In this document: positions 1-8,560 of the stretch, piece after piece
Layout: each line of letters starts with the position of its first letter
Position numbering within the stretch: the first letter of the stretch is position 1
Virus record (IMG/VR): IMGVR_UViG_2698536366_000004
Source: a virus
Lineage: Duplodnaviria > Heunggongvirae > Uroviricota > Caudoviricetes
DNA: 13,840 nt
Reading direction: 5' to 3' (one strand)
Position numbers and translations under genes: made by a program
Notes under the pieces: generated by a model
What the model was told of the DNA's origin: nothing
Database searches by the model: none
The model's input: the letters and a program-made list of their open reading frames with translations, nothing else

Positions 1-367
1 CCTCAAAAACACCATCATACACTAAATCAGTAAGTTGGCAGCATCACCAGCCTTCTTGAGGCTACCACCTGTTTTCAGGTGTCATTCAGACGTGATTTGC
101 CCCAGATTGGGAAAGCACGCTTTTTTCTCAGCTATCGTCCTCTTATTTTGCCGTTACATTTCTTTTTGCATTCTAATGATTAATTTACAATAATAATATC
201 GGTAATTATTGAGTAATAATAAATTAATTATTGCAAATGTAATTTAATTCCATCTTCGCGTTATATTCCAATCTTTAATCTCCGCATGGAACAAGTTGCA
301 TGCGTGACTATATTAAGACGACTTATAACCACCAAAACATTTGCTTTGCAAGCAAAAACAGTGACCA

Positions 368-396
368 TTGACTCTAAGAAAATTCCGATCTATTGT
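368..396 (+). promoter_or_regulatory. Candidate sigma70-like promoter (TTGACT - 17 nt - TATTGT) in the AT-rich island
   Basis: ttgact at 368-373, 17-nt spacer, tattgt at 391-396; it lies upstream of a small hydrophobic ORF and a plus-strand terminator. AT-rich DNA produces many chance promoter-like matches, so this is weak. Confidence 0.2.
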
Positions 397-430
397 TAGG
401 GTCATCAAAGTTACTTAACAGTATTCCGAA

Positions 431-532
431 ATGAAAATACAAAGCAAGCTAATTGTCTTATTAAACATTATTATTGCATTTATATTATTTGAGCTTTTAG
501 CTCAAAAATTTGGTTTGAGTACATTATTTTAA
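431..532 (+). CDS. Hypothetical 33-aa hydrophobic peptide (MKIQSKLIVLLNIIIAFILFELLAQKFGLSTLF)
   Basis: ATG at 431, TAA at 530-532. Basic N-terminus followed by a ~20-residue hydrophobic stretch resembles a single-pass membrane peptide. No convincing Shine-Dalgarno upstream and it is below the ORF-track length cutoff. Confidence 0.2.
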   Translation: MKIQSKLIVLLNIIIAFILFELLAQKFGLSTLF

Positions 533-681
533 AGCAAGATAAACAATATCGGGCACTCTAGTTTTTATAATTAACAATTAAACGTCCATAAAATGTTATT
601 TACTTTTCTTCGCTATTGTCATATCTTAATATAGTGGCTTACGCCACTCTACTTTCATCACATTTTGTACGTTTATGTACT

Positions 682-714
682 CGCCATGAAGCTCTTTCAT
701 GGCGATTTTTTATT
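682..714 (+). terminator. Rho-independent terminator, plus-strand orientation
   Basis: Perfect 9-bp stem cgccatgaa (682-690) / ttcatggcg (696-704) with 5-nt loop, followed by attttttatt (705-714). No comparable T-run on the minus strand, so it would end a plus-strand transcript arriving from the AT-rich island. Confidence 0.55.
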
Positions 715-797
715 CTTAATCCAAGAACATACTCCCTACCTATAGCAAAATCACTTTTTTAACAAAAGAATAACGTATTTAGGTAATCATTACGAAT

Positions 798-1379
798 TTA
801 CCCTATAGGTGCTACTGGCCATTCAATATCCGGTGCAGTTGATGTATCAACACGGTTCAGCAACACCCGATACTTTTTCCAAGCTTCCAGCAACAAGGTT
901 TCTTTCTCCGTTGCGATCTCCAGATCCACAGCATCCTGAAGCGGCGCTATATGCTCACTGGCTACCTGCATCAGGCTGTTTTTTGTTTCTTCCGCCTCCC
1001 GGATCCGGAACAGTTTTTCTGCTTCCGTATCCTTCACCCAGGCTGTGCCGTTCCACTTCTGAAACTCCCCTTCCGGGGATAACCAGGTGACATTTTCCGG
1101 TAATGAGCCGAGTTCAGAAATAAATAACGCGTCGCCGGAAGCCACGTCATAAACCGTTTTACCCCGATGATCTTCAACGAGATGCCACGATGACTCATCA
1201 CTGTTGAAAACAGCCACGAAACCAGCCGGAATATCTGGCGGTGCAATATCGGTACTGTTTGCAGGCAGACCTGTATGAGGCGGAATATATGCGTCACCTT
1301 CACCAATAAATTCATTAGTTCCGGCCAGCAGGTTATAAATTTTTATGGTCCGTGCTTGTTCACTCATTCTGAATGCCAT
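798..1379 (-). CDS. tfa: Tail fibre assembly protein Tfa (193 aa)
   Basis: ORF starts [44 protein letters not shown], near-identical over its length to phage lambda Tfa as I recall it. Its ATG overlaps the stf stop (TAATG), and it is in the canonical position after stf. Confidence 0.92.
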   Translation of the reverse strand: MAFRMSEQARTIKIYNLLAGTNEFIGEGDAYIPPHTGLPANSTDIAPPDIPAGFVAVFNSDESSWHLVEDHRGKTVYDVASGDALFISELGSLPENVTWLSPEGEFQKWNGTAWVKDTEAEKLFRIREAEETKNSLMQVASEHIAPLQDAVDLEIATEKETLLLEAWKKYRVLLNRVDTSTAPDIEWPVAPIG

Positions 1380-4300
1380 TATGCGAGCCTCACAATATAG
1401 TTAAATGCGATGTTTTTGACGGTGTTTTCCGCGTTACCAGCAGCGTTAACGGTGATGGTGTGTCCATGTGAACCAATCGCAACAGAGTGCGTATGAGCAC
1501 CAATACCGACAGTATGCGCGTGTGCACCCGCAGATGCTGCTGTGCCGGACAGTGAGTGTGTATGGTTTCCTTCTGAAGATGATTTACCTACCCATTGGGA
1601 GGTGCCACTGGTTAATGAGCCACTGATACCAACCTGATTAGTCCCGCTAACTTGAGTACTCCCTGCCGGAAACATTCCAGTAGGTTGACTCCCGCTATTC
1701 GTTCTGGGCCCAGTCTGACTATGTTGGTGGGCCCCAGCTGAACTTGTAGAGCCGCTCAGACTGTGCGTATGCGCCCCGGTGTTATTCGTGGATTTAGTGC
1801 CGTAATCAAACGACGATGTGGTTTTCGTCCCCAAATCCGTACTGGATGCGCTGGCGCTGTGGGTGTGCGATTTAATGCCATCCTGTTCCTGAGACAATAC
1901 GGCACGACCACTGGCGGGCTTGCCCTTAATCGTCCAGCCACGCATATCAGGGATCACGCCTGACGGATAAGCGGCTGCAAGTTTCGGGTAAGCAGATTTG
2001 TCAAAAGTCTGCCCCTGCATCAGGGCATAACCAGACGGAACGGTATCTGATGGCCACGGGATTGGTGCACCGACTGGATAAAACTCTGCAGGAGGATGAG
2101 CCGAGGTGTAAAGCTGCGCCCACGGCGACCAGTTTGCGTCGGTCGTATCCCGTCGTGAACGAATAAATGCCGGAGCATGAGCACCGCTTGTACCACTCCA
2201 GCCGATGAGTAACTCACCTTCGCCAACGGCTGTCATCCCTTTCAGGTGAATGATATTTCCATACGCTGTTGGATATCCGTTGTTATACACCTCGTATAAC
2301 TCAAGACCTGCTGCCCCCTGCGTATTGTCTGTCAGCGCGGCTACCCGACCTTTTGAAGCCAGATTAACTGATGATACTGCTGTTCCACCTGACGGTAGCG
2401 CCCCGATCTCTGATGCCGTTGGCTTATTTCTGGAGTTATAGTCCCTTCGCCAGCCAGGTGAATAATCTGTTCCGTGATTAATATAGGTAAACTGGGCGTT
2501 GGTTGTTCCGCCACCGCTGGATGTGGTCGGAGTGGTAATGCGGATCGTCATCGCTGACTTTATCCCCATTACTTCAATGACAGCTCCGGCGAGATGAATA
2601 TTACCGCAGCCAGTATCAGTAATGATTTTATTATTGCCATAAGACCAGGAACCCTTGCACATCCAGTATGGATGGTTAAATGCTCCCTGAGAATCCAGCC
2701 ACTCGATAAACTGTGCAGTCGTCCAGTTTCCTGTTGTTGTGCTTACTGACCCACCGAAGGCACGGCAGGCACCAATATTTTTCGTAAAGGTGTCTTTGCC
2801 AGGGATATCCGCACCGTTCTGATCTTTCTGCAGACGTTTCTCAGCATTGTCATTGGCTGCTTTTACTGCCTTTGGCGTTGCCGCCAGCGTTTCAGACGTG
2901 CTGTTGGTCGCGCTGCTTAGCTGGATTATCCCTTTCTGTGCTGTCGTTGCATCCTGTGCGGTGTATTTCCCGTTAGCCAGGTCATACGCGGCCTTAACGG
3001 CTTTTGGTGTTGCCGCCAGTGACTCGGAAGTGCTGTTAGTCGCACTACTGAGCTGTACTATCCCCTTTTTCGTCGTGCTCGCATCCTCAAGCGCCACGGC
3101 GGATGCAATATCCTCTGCCCGTTTTGCCGCTGTCTCAGCGCGCGTTGCTGCAGATTCCGCCGTACTTTTGCTCTGAGCTGCTGCCGTCGCACTACCAGCA
3201 GCCTCTGTCGCCTTCGTGGATGCCGTCGTGGCGCTGCCCTTCGCTGCTGACGCCTGTCTGGTCGCCTCATCTTTTGAAGCAGACGCCGATGATGCCGATG
3301 ACGCCGCCGAACTGGCGGACGATGCGGCAGCCGTTTTTGAGGATTCTGCACGGGTTTCCGACGCTTTCGCGTTCGTTTCGGATGTCTTCGCTGCGGAAGC
3401 TGACCTCGCTGCTGCCGTGGCCTGCTCAGTGGCTTCGCCAGCCTTCGTTGTGGCTGTTGAAGCGGATGATGCGGCGCTTTCTGCCGATTTTCCGGCGGCG
3501 GTGGCACTGGCTGAGGCCTGCCCGGCACTTGTTGACGCGGCGCTGGCAGACGACGCAGCCGCTGTTTTTGAGCCTGCCGCAGCTGAGGCACTCTGTCCCG
3601 CTGCCGTTTCAGAAGACCTGGCGTTCGTCTCGGACGTTTTGGCCGCCTTCGCAGAATTTGCAGCCGCCGTCGCCGAGGAAGCTGCGCTACTGGCGCTTGA
3701 TGATGCGTTCGTTTCTGATGATTTTGCCGCCTCTTTTGAAGCCGACGCATCCCGGGCTGAGGTGGCAGCTTCTGACGCTTTCGTGGTCGCGGTGGATGCA
3801 GAAGTGGCTGCTGATTGTTGTGACGCTGCCGCATTCGTTTCTAACGTTTTCGCCGCACCGGCACTGGTAGCCGCCGCGCTTTTTGAGGACTCTGCAGCGG
3901 CAGCACTTTTTGAGGCTTCAGTGGCCTTTGTTGATGCCGTTCCTGCGCTGGAAGACGCTGACTGAGCCGACGAAGCGGCCTGTCCGGCTGACGTGCTGGC
4001 TGCACGTGCTGAATCTGCAGCATCAGTCGCATGGGTTGCCGCCTCACGGGCTGATGTGCTGGCATCGCTGGCTGATTTCTTCGCGGCTGCCGTGTTCTGT
4101 GCCACCGCGGACGCGTTACGCGCCACCTCTTCCACCATCAGCTCAAAACGGCGCAGTGCCTCCGGACGGGCATCATCCTCCGTCATGGCACCGAGAAAAT
4201 CATTCAGCGTACCGGGTCGGGAATCTTCATACACGGTGATGGTCCCGGCATGTGACGGCGGGAATCCTTCCACCAACAGAATAACGCTGTACTGACCGTA

Positions 4301-4462
4301 CTCAACGTCCATGCTGTAACGCCCGGCTTCATCCGGATTTTCTGAGGCCAGCGTGTTCACCACCACCGTGGTGCTGTTACGTTTTGCTTTCAGCTGGATT
4401 GTGCAGTTCTGTACCGGTTTTCCTGTGCCGTCTTTCAGTACACCTGAAATCTTTACTGCCAT
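1379..4462 (-). CDS. stf: Side tail fibre protein Stf (about 1027 aa from the ATG at 4460-4462; the track's GTG at 4466-4468 adds 2 codons)
   Basis: N-terminus [26 protein letters not shown] matches lambda Stf. Long Ala/Ser/Thr-rich low-complexity shaft, duplicated [26 protein letters not shown] tail-fibre motif, and His-rich GAHxHS C-terminal repeats ending [11 protein letters not shown] as in lambda Stf. GGGGTGA Shine-Dalgarno-like sequence upstream of the ATG. Confidence 0.9.
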   Translation of the reverse strand: MAVKISGVLKDGTGKPVQNCTIQLKAKRNSTTVVVNTLASENPDEAGRYSMDVEYGQYSVILLVEGFPPSHAGTITVYEDSRPGTLNDFLGAMTEDDARPEALRRFELMVEEVARNASAVAQNTAAAKKSASDASTSAREAATHATDAADSARAASTSAGQAASSAQSASSSAGTASTKATEASKSAAAAESSKSAAATSAGAAKTLETNAAASQQSAATSASTATTKASEAATSARDASASKEAAKSSETNASSSASSAASSATAAANSAKAAKTSETNARSSETAAGQSASAAAGSKTAAASSASAASTSAGQASASATAAGKSAESAASSASTATTKAGEATEQATAAARSASAAKTSETNAKASETRAESSKTAAASSASSAASSASSASASKDEATRQASAAKGSATTASTKATEAAGSATAAAQSKSTAESAATRAETAAKRAEDIASAVALEDASTTKKGIVQLSSATNSTSESLAATPKAVKAAYDLANGKYTAQDATTAQKGIIQLSSATNSTSETLAATPKAVKAANDNAEKRLQKDQNGADIPGKDTFTKNIGACRAFGGSVSTTTGNWTTAQFIEWLDSQGAFNHPYWMCKGSWSYGNNKIITDTGCGNIHLAGAVIEVMGIKSAMTIRITTPTTSSGGGTTNAQFTYINHGTDYSPGWRRDYNSRNKPTASEIGALPSGGTAVSSVNLASKGRVAALTDNTQGAAGLELYEVYNNGYPTAYGNIIHLKGMTAVGEGELLIGWSGTSGAHAPAFIRSRRDTTDANWSPWAQLYTSAHPPAEFYPVGAPIPWPSDTVPSGYALMQGQTFDKSAYPKLAAAYPSGVIPDMRGWTIKGKPASGRAVLSQEQDGIKSHTHSASASSTDLGTKTTSSFDYGTKSTNNTGAHTHSLSGSTSSAGAHQHSQTGPRTNSGSQPTGMFPAGSTQVSGTNQVGISGSLTSGTSQWVGKSSSEGNHTHSLSGTAASAGAHAHTVGIGAHTHSVAIGSHGHTITVNAAGNAENTVKNIAFNYIVRLA
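2857..3070 (-). repeat. Two ~80-bp direct repeats inside stf encoding the duplicated tail-fibre motif
   Basis: Segments ~2857-2938 and ~2988-3070 are highly similar at DNA level and encode [28 protein letters not shown] and [28 protein letters not shown]. Confidence 0.6.
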
Positions 4463-4473
4463 ATTCACCCCAC

Positions 4474-4500
4474 AAAAAAGCCCGCCTGAACCGGCGGGCT
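4474..4500 (-). terminator. Rho-independent terminator after lom copy 1, immediately upstream of the stf ribosome-binding site
   Basis: Minus-strand reading gives an 8-bp GC-rich stem (agcccgcc 4479-4486 / ggcgggct 4493-4500), 6-nt loop, then TTTTTT (A-run 4474-4479 on plus strand). Confidence 0.6.
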
Positions 4501-4560
4501 GTCATAACACTGTGTTACCTGGCTAATCAGAATTTATAACCGACACCCACGATGAAACCG

Positions 4561-5043
4561 TCAGTGCGCCAGAGACGTGTTGCTGTGGCGACCGTCATCA
4601 CTTCCGGTCAGCACATCGTGCGTTTTCCCCTTATTGTCAGTTACGCGGATATAATCCCCGGAAAAAGTCGACACACGGCTGTAAGCCACACCCGCCATCG
4701 CATACGCGCTGAACCATTCATTCACGCGCACAGACGGCCCCGCCATCACGCTGAACCAGCGGTTACGCACGGAATCTTCATGCCAGCGGGTATCGCTGTA
4801 ACGGGTCAGCTGGCGATTCTTGTCTCCTGCATAGCTGAATGACGTCACCAGCCCCAGCGTATCCGTAAACTCATAACGGTATTTCACGTTAATCCCGTTC
4901 AGATCATCACTGCCGGGAACGTTGGTCCGGGCATGAAGATACCCCGCGCTCAGCGTGGACTGATGTTCAGACGCCCATGCAGGCGCACCGGATACGGCCA
5001 GACAGATGGCTGCGGACAAAATGGCTGCACAAACTTTACGCAT
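4561..5043 (-). pseudogene. lom copy 1: Lom/Ail/PagC-family outer membrane protein gene disrupted by an 83-bp internal deletion (frameshift, 160-aa product)
   Basis: Signal peptide and first ~150 residues match lambda Lom. Compared with intact copy 2, the 83 nt between two cgccag hexamers (copy-2 coordinates 7940-8022) are missing, so the frame shifts and the product ends ...NTSLAH. The original GVGYKF-stop codons are still present out of frame at about 4527-4547. Confidence 0.75.
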
Positions 5044-5063
5044 AATTACCTCTCGCTTTTCTG

Positions 5064-5091
5064 CAATAAAAAAGGCGTCATTCCTGACGCC
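5064..5091 (-). terminator. Rho-independent terminator between the J1 fragment and lom copy 1
   Basis: Stem ggcgtca (5074-5080) / tgacgcc (5085-5091) with 4-nt loop; the minus-strand hairpin is followed by TTTTTTATT. A GAGAGG Shine-Dalgarno for lom follows. Confidence 0.55.
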
Positions 5092-5113
5092 ATTTATTGG
5101 GGTTATAAATATT

Positions 5114-7417
5114 TCAACGAATACTGATGCCGGAAGCCGCTTTTTTGGTCACAATCACCGTACAGTCGGTGATATTGCCTGCCCCCTGATTGCCTTTCTG
5201 GAAAATCTTAAACTCCAGAGTGACGCTACCACCACCACTAGGCATATCAATAACTGCACTGTAACTACCGGGAATGGCACCTTTAGTTTCTCTGGATGCG
5301 ATTAATACGCCGTTTTTGCGAACTTCAAAACCATAACCCGTGTATCGCGTGCCTCCTGGGTTATTTCCGCTCCCCGGATCGTCATACGCTATACCGTTAA
5401 AAATAATGGGCGGAATAATAATCTGGCGGTCAAAGTTATGATCATCGCTTATGGTGACTGTAACCGTCCCGTTTGGTGTTTCCGTGTTACCCCACGTACC
5501 AGCCTGTTTCGGAAATGATTTGGATACAGCTTTAACGAAGTCACCTCTGACCTGAGTCGCCTCCAGCATGCCCTTAATCGTACAGTTTTCATTTACCGTG
5601 ACATTGTTGAGCGTCCCGGCGTTCGCATTCACACTGCCACTGATATCCGCATTTTTAGCGGTCAGCTTTCCGTCCGGAGTCAGGGAAAATGCCGATGGAT
5701 TTCCACCGCTGGTAATGGTGGGGGCCGTCAGGCGTTTCAGGAACACGTCGTTCATGAATATCTGATCGCCCTGACCAACAAACATCGGTTTTGTGTTGCC
5801 ATTCGCAGGATTAACCATCGCAATCCTGTCCGCCGCCAGCAGCACCTGACTCTGCATGCCGTCAGGGGTGTTCTCAATACCGGCACCAATACCCGCGATA
5901 TAAAGGCGTCCGTCCTGCATCTGCTGCAGCTTCACAGCCCACATGCTGTTCAGGTTATTATTTGTATCAACCTGAACCTTCTGTATCTGCTGAATTGCCG
6001 CACTCTGGTCTTCCAGTTTCTTATTGACGGTCTGCGTGATTTCATTGCTGACATCCGTAATGGACGTCCTGATTTCAGCCAGGTCAGGCGCAAGCTGACC
6101 GTTATCAATCTGCGTCCACAGCTCCTGAGCCAGATGGGTTTTCCCTATCTCGCCTTTGAAAAAATCCAGATAACCGGATGCATCATCACTCGGCTGACCA
6201 ACAGCCTCCACGAATGCCGATTTGCCAACGGTGTTCACACTGCGGATATAAAAGTAATAATCATGGCCCGGTTTGATATTGATACTGGCGGCTATCCAGT
6301 ACAGCGCCGTGCCAAGATAGCGTGCTGTGGTTTCAACCTGCCTGATATCCGCAATCCGCTTTTCCGAGAACCAGAACTCAAACTGTACCGTCGGATCATA
6401 AACCGCAAGATGCGGCGTGGCGGTTATCTGAAAATAGCCCGGCGTCAGCTCAATCCGCGACAGCGCTGCCGGTGCGGCAATCCGGAACGATACCGACGCC
6501 GGATCGCCCTGCTGCCCCCACGCATTTACTGCCCGGACTGTCAGCCTGTAGTTCCCCAGCGCCAGTTGTGTGAAGCGGTAAGTGGTTTCCGTCGTCCGGG
6601 CCGTGCTGACCAGCCGCTCACTGCCGTCATCCGCTGTTACGGTCAGACGGAGCAGGAAGCTCACGCCCTTCACCACCTTCGGCGTGTCCCAGCGCGCCAG
6701 CACCTGATATTCCCCGCTGTCTGCGGTGACTTCGGCAGTCAGGTGCTGCACCGCTGGCGGCGTGACACCATTCACCGTGCCGCTCTGGTCGCCGTCAAAG
6801 TGCGCCCCGTTATCCACGATGGCTTCTTTTTCCGGCACATGCTGCACGGCGGTGATGGCATACGTGCCGTCGTCGTTCTCACGGATACTCACGCAGCGGA
6901 ACAATCGCTGGTGCAGCGTCGGCAGCTTCAGCCCCCACACGCTGTATTCAGCAACACCGTCAGGAACACGGCTCACTTTTACCTTCACGCCGTCGGTGAC
7001 GGACTGGACCTCCACGCTGACCGGATTCCCCTGCCCGTCAACCAGGCTTATCAGCGTGGTGCCGGAGGATGGCAGCGTGATTTCACGGTCGAGCGTCAGC
7101 GTCCGGGTCTGGCTGTTCACCGCCAGCACGCGCCCGCCGGTGCGGATACCGGCATAGTCATCATCGCAGATTTCAATGACATCGCCCGGTACATGACGAA
7201 GCCCTTCAGCACCCACGCTGAAATCCACGGTCTGCGTCTCCAGCAGTTCCGTTTTAATCAGCCACAGCCCGGCAGTCTTTCTGGCTGGCGGTTCAGGGTA
7301 TTTGAGGTAGCGTCTGACCGTCCGTTCAGAGCAACCAATCTGAGTCGCAATATCGACGATGTACGCGCCCTGCTGGCGCATTTGCTTTATCATGTAAAAG
7401 TCCTCTCTGCTCAGCAT
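5114..7417 (-). CDS. Chimeric ORF (767 aa): 48-aa helix-turn-helix N-terminus of an IS21-family IstA-like transposase fused in frame to the C-terminal ~719 aa of host specificity protein J, with receptor-binding C-terminus variant A
   Basis: N-terminus [48 protein letters not shown] has a classic HTH and matches my memory of the IS21 IstA start. From [14 protein letters not shown] onward it is collinear with J; DNA homology to full J ends at 7273/7274. It has its own ATG (7415-7417) preceded by AGGA at 7-nt spacing. The last ~150 aa are unrelated to the C-terminus of copies 2 and 3. Confidence 0.7.
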   Translation of the reverse strand: MLSREDFYMIKQMRQQGAYIVDIATQIGCSERTVRRYLKYPEPPARKTAGLWLIKTELLETQTVDFSVGAEGLRHVPGDVIEICDDDYAGIRTGGRVLAVNSQTRTLTLDREITLPSSGTTLISLVDGQGNPVSVEVQSVTDGVKVKVSRVPDGVAEYSVWGLKLPTLHQRLFRCVSIRENDDGTYAITAVQHVPEKEAIVDNGAHFDGDQSGTVNGVTPPAVQHLTAEVTADSGEYQVLARWDTPKVVKGVSFLLRLTVTADDGSERLVSTARTTETTYRFTQLALGNYRLTVRAVNAWGQQGDPASVSFRIAAPAALSRIELTPGYFQITATPHLAVYDPTVQFEFWFSEKRIADIRQVETTARYLGTALYWIAASINIKPGHDYYFYIRSVNTVGKSAFVEAVGQPSDDASGYLDFFKGEIGKTHLAQELWTQIDNGQLAPDLAEIRTSITDVSNEITQTVNKKLEDQSAAIQQIQKVQVDTNNNLNSMWAVKLQQMQDGRLYIAGIGAGIENTPDGMQSQVLLAADRIAMVNPANGNTKPMFVGQGDQIFMNDVFLKRLTAPTITSGGNPSAFSLTPDGKLTAKNADISGSVNANAGTLNNVTVNENCTIKGMLEATQVRGDFVKAVSKSFPKQAGTWGNTETPNGTVTVTISDDHNFDRQIIIPPIIFNGIAYDDPGSGNNPGGTRYTGYGFEVRKNGVLIASRETKGAIPGSYSAVIDMPSGGGSVTLEFKIFQKGNQGAGNITDCTVIVTKKAASGISIR

Positions 7418-7518
7418 GTTGATGTCCTTTCTGGTGTGAGAACCTTAAGGAAACAACATGTTGGGTGGAGCGGACAATCCAAATGGCGAATTACCGTCTT
7501 ATATCACTGGCGCTGACA
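7274..7518 (-). mobile_element. IS remnant (left end plus first 48 codons of an IS21-family istA-like transposase gene)
   Basis: J homology stops abruptly at 7273/7274 and is replaced by sequence encoding a transposase-like HTH N-terminus. The minus-strand sequence begins TGTCAGCGCCAGTGATATAAGACGG near 7518, a plausible IS terminus (TG...). The left boundary is approximate and the rest of the element is absent. Confidence 0.5.
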
Positions 7519-7830
7519 CTTCATCACCTCCGGACGTAAATCACCATCCTTTGGTGCATTCAGAAACGCGTTCAGTGTCCCCGGTGCATCAGTCGGTGCC
7601 ACATCAATATCCCCGACACGGGTTGGCTGCCAGCCGTTACAGTGAAGCGCAACCTCGTAATACCCCGGCTCAGCCTCAATCACATAAGCACCGTTATTGT
7701 CCGTCACGCAAGTGGCAACAACGTGTGCCACAACGGTCGGACTGGTTCTTCTGGCCCGCAGTTCAATCGCACAATTTACGACAGGTTTACCCGCCCCATC
7801 TTTCAGTACACCTGAAATCTTTACTGCCAT
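7504..7830 (-). pseudogene. Truncated second side-tail-fibre gene: Stf-like N-terminal domain only (108 aa), interrupted by the IS remnant
   Basis: Starts [28 protein letters not shown], the same start motif as Stf, in the same context (lom terminator then GGGGTGA Shine-Dalgarno then ATG at 7828-7830). It diverges from Stf after ...GDLRPEV and ends in IS-derived codons MKCQRQ-stop. The track ORF 7504..7872 is an upstream GTG extension. Confidence 0.65.
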
Positions 7831-7841
7831 ATTCACCCCAC

Positions 7842-7867
7842 AAAAAGCCCGCCTGAACCAGCGGGCA
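7842..7867 (-). terminator. Rho-independent terminator after lom copy 2
   Basis: Stem gcccgc (7848-7853) / gcgggc (7862-7867); minus-strand hairpin followed by TTTTT (A-run 7843-7847). Paralogous to the 4474-4500 terminator. Confidence 0.55.
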
Positions 7868-7893
7868 GTCATAACACTGTGTTACCTGGCTAA

Positions 7894-8493
7894 TCAGAAC
7901 TTATAACCGACACCCACGATGAAACCGTCAGTGCGCCAGTCACCACTGCCGGAACCTTCATAAGCAAGGTCAATGGCCACGGATTCGGTCGGGTTAAACT
8001 GCACGCCAGCCCCCCACGCCAGAGACGTGTTGCTGTGGCGACCGCCATCACTTCCGGTCAGCACATCGTGCGTTTTCCCCTTGTTGTCAGTTACGCGGAG
8101 ATAATCCCCGGAGAAGGTCGACACACGGCTGTAAGCCACGCCCGCCATCGCATACGCGCTGAACCATTCATTCACGCGCACAGACGGCCCCGCCATCACG
8201 CTGAACCAGCGGTTACGCACGGAATCCTCATGCCAGCGGGTATCGCTGTAATGCGTTTTTTGCTCATCTTCAGCGTTGGCATAACTGAATGACGTAATCA
8301 GCCCCAGCGTGTCCGTAAACTCATAACGGTATTTCACGTTAATGCCCTTCAGGTCATCGCTGCCTGGCATATCAGTATGGGTCTGAAGATACCCGGCGCT
8401 CAGCGTGGACTGATGTTCAGACGCCCATGCAGGCGCACCGGATACGGCCAGACAGATGGCTGCGGACAAAATGGCTGCACAAACTTTACGCAT
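7894..8493 (-). CDS. lom: Lom outer membrane protein, intact (199 aa; Lom/Ail/PagC/OmpX family)
   Basis: Signal peptide MRKVCAAILSAAICLAVSGAPAWA followed by a mature beta-barrel sequence ending GFIVGVGYKF, collinear with lambda Lom. GAGAGG Shine-Dalgarno 7 nt upstream of the ATG. Confidence 0.9.
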   Translation of the reverse strand: MRKVCAAILSAAICLAVSGAPAWASEHQSTLSAGYLQTHTDMPGSDDLKGINVKYRYEFTDTLGLITSFSYANAEDEQKTHYSDTRWHEDSVRNRWFSVMAGPSVRVNEWFSAYAMAGVAYSRVSTFSGDYLRVTDNKGKTHDVLTGSDGGRHSNTSLAWGAGVQFNPTESVAIDLAYEGSGSGDWRTDGFIVGVGYKF

Positions 8494-8513
8494 AATTACC
8501 TCTCGCTTTTCTG

Positions 8514-8541
8514 CAATAAAAAAGGCACCATTTCTGGTGCC
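8514..8541 (-). terminator. Rho-independent terminator between the J2 fragment and lom copy 2
   Basis: Stem ggcacca (8524-8530) / tggtgcc (8535-8541); minus-strand hairpin followed by TTTTTTATT. The stem differs from the 5064-5091 paralogue by compensatory changes that keep pairing. Confidence 0.55.
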
Positions 8542-8560
8542 CGTATCTGGGTTATAAAAT

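Noticed and set aside
90-135. Possible terminator near gggaaagcacgcttttttctc
   Set aside because: There is a T-run but I could not find a convincing complementary stem immediately upstream, and no ORF ends nearby in the window.
286-399. 37-aa plus-strand ORF (MEQVACVTILRRLITTKTFALQAKTVTIDSKKIPIYC)
   Set aside because: No ribosome-binding site, it overlaps the promoter-like element, and it has no distinctive composition; consistent with a chance ORF in AT-rich DNA.
809-1315. ORFs 809..1090 (plus) and 1034..1315 (minus) inside tfa
   Set aside because: Alternative-frame or antisense ORFs wholly within the Tfa coding sequence; the Tfa frame is the one with the lambda-like product.
3058-3965. 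Overlapping ORFs in alternative frames within stf (3058..3834 minus, 3103..3870 plus, 3216..3965 plus, 2847..3176 plus)
   Set aside because: They are artefacts of the repetitive GC-rich Ala/Ser/Thr-coding shaft. Only the frame giving the lambda-Stf-like protein is continuous from MAVKISG to the His-rich C-terminus.
4552-4842. Plus-strand ORFs antisense to the lom copies (4552..4842, 8035..8292, 10471..10695) and the 63-64-aa ORFs at 4933..5127, 8377..8568, 10780..10971
   Set aside because: They are antisense to a well-supported Lom-family gene, are repeated only because lom is repeated, and have no start context.
6134-7516. 460-aa plus-strand ORF, and its paralogues 9353..10507 (384 aa) and 11756..13513 (585 aa)
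   Set aside because: They lie antisense to the J copies. The products are Arg/Cys/Pro-rich with no domain-like features, which is typical of open antisense frames in GC-rich coding DNA. The J frame on the minus strand matches lambda J throughout.
7504-7872. Track ORF start at 7872 (MTARWFRRAFCGVN...) for the Stf-like fragment
   Set aside because: The extension starts from a non-ATG codon inside the lom terminator hairpin. The ATG at 7828-7830 gives the conserved MAVKISG start with a Shine-Dalgarno, exactly as at stf (4460-4462).
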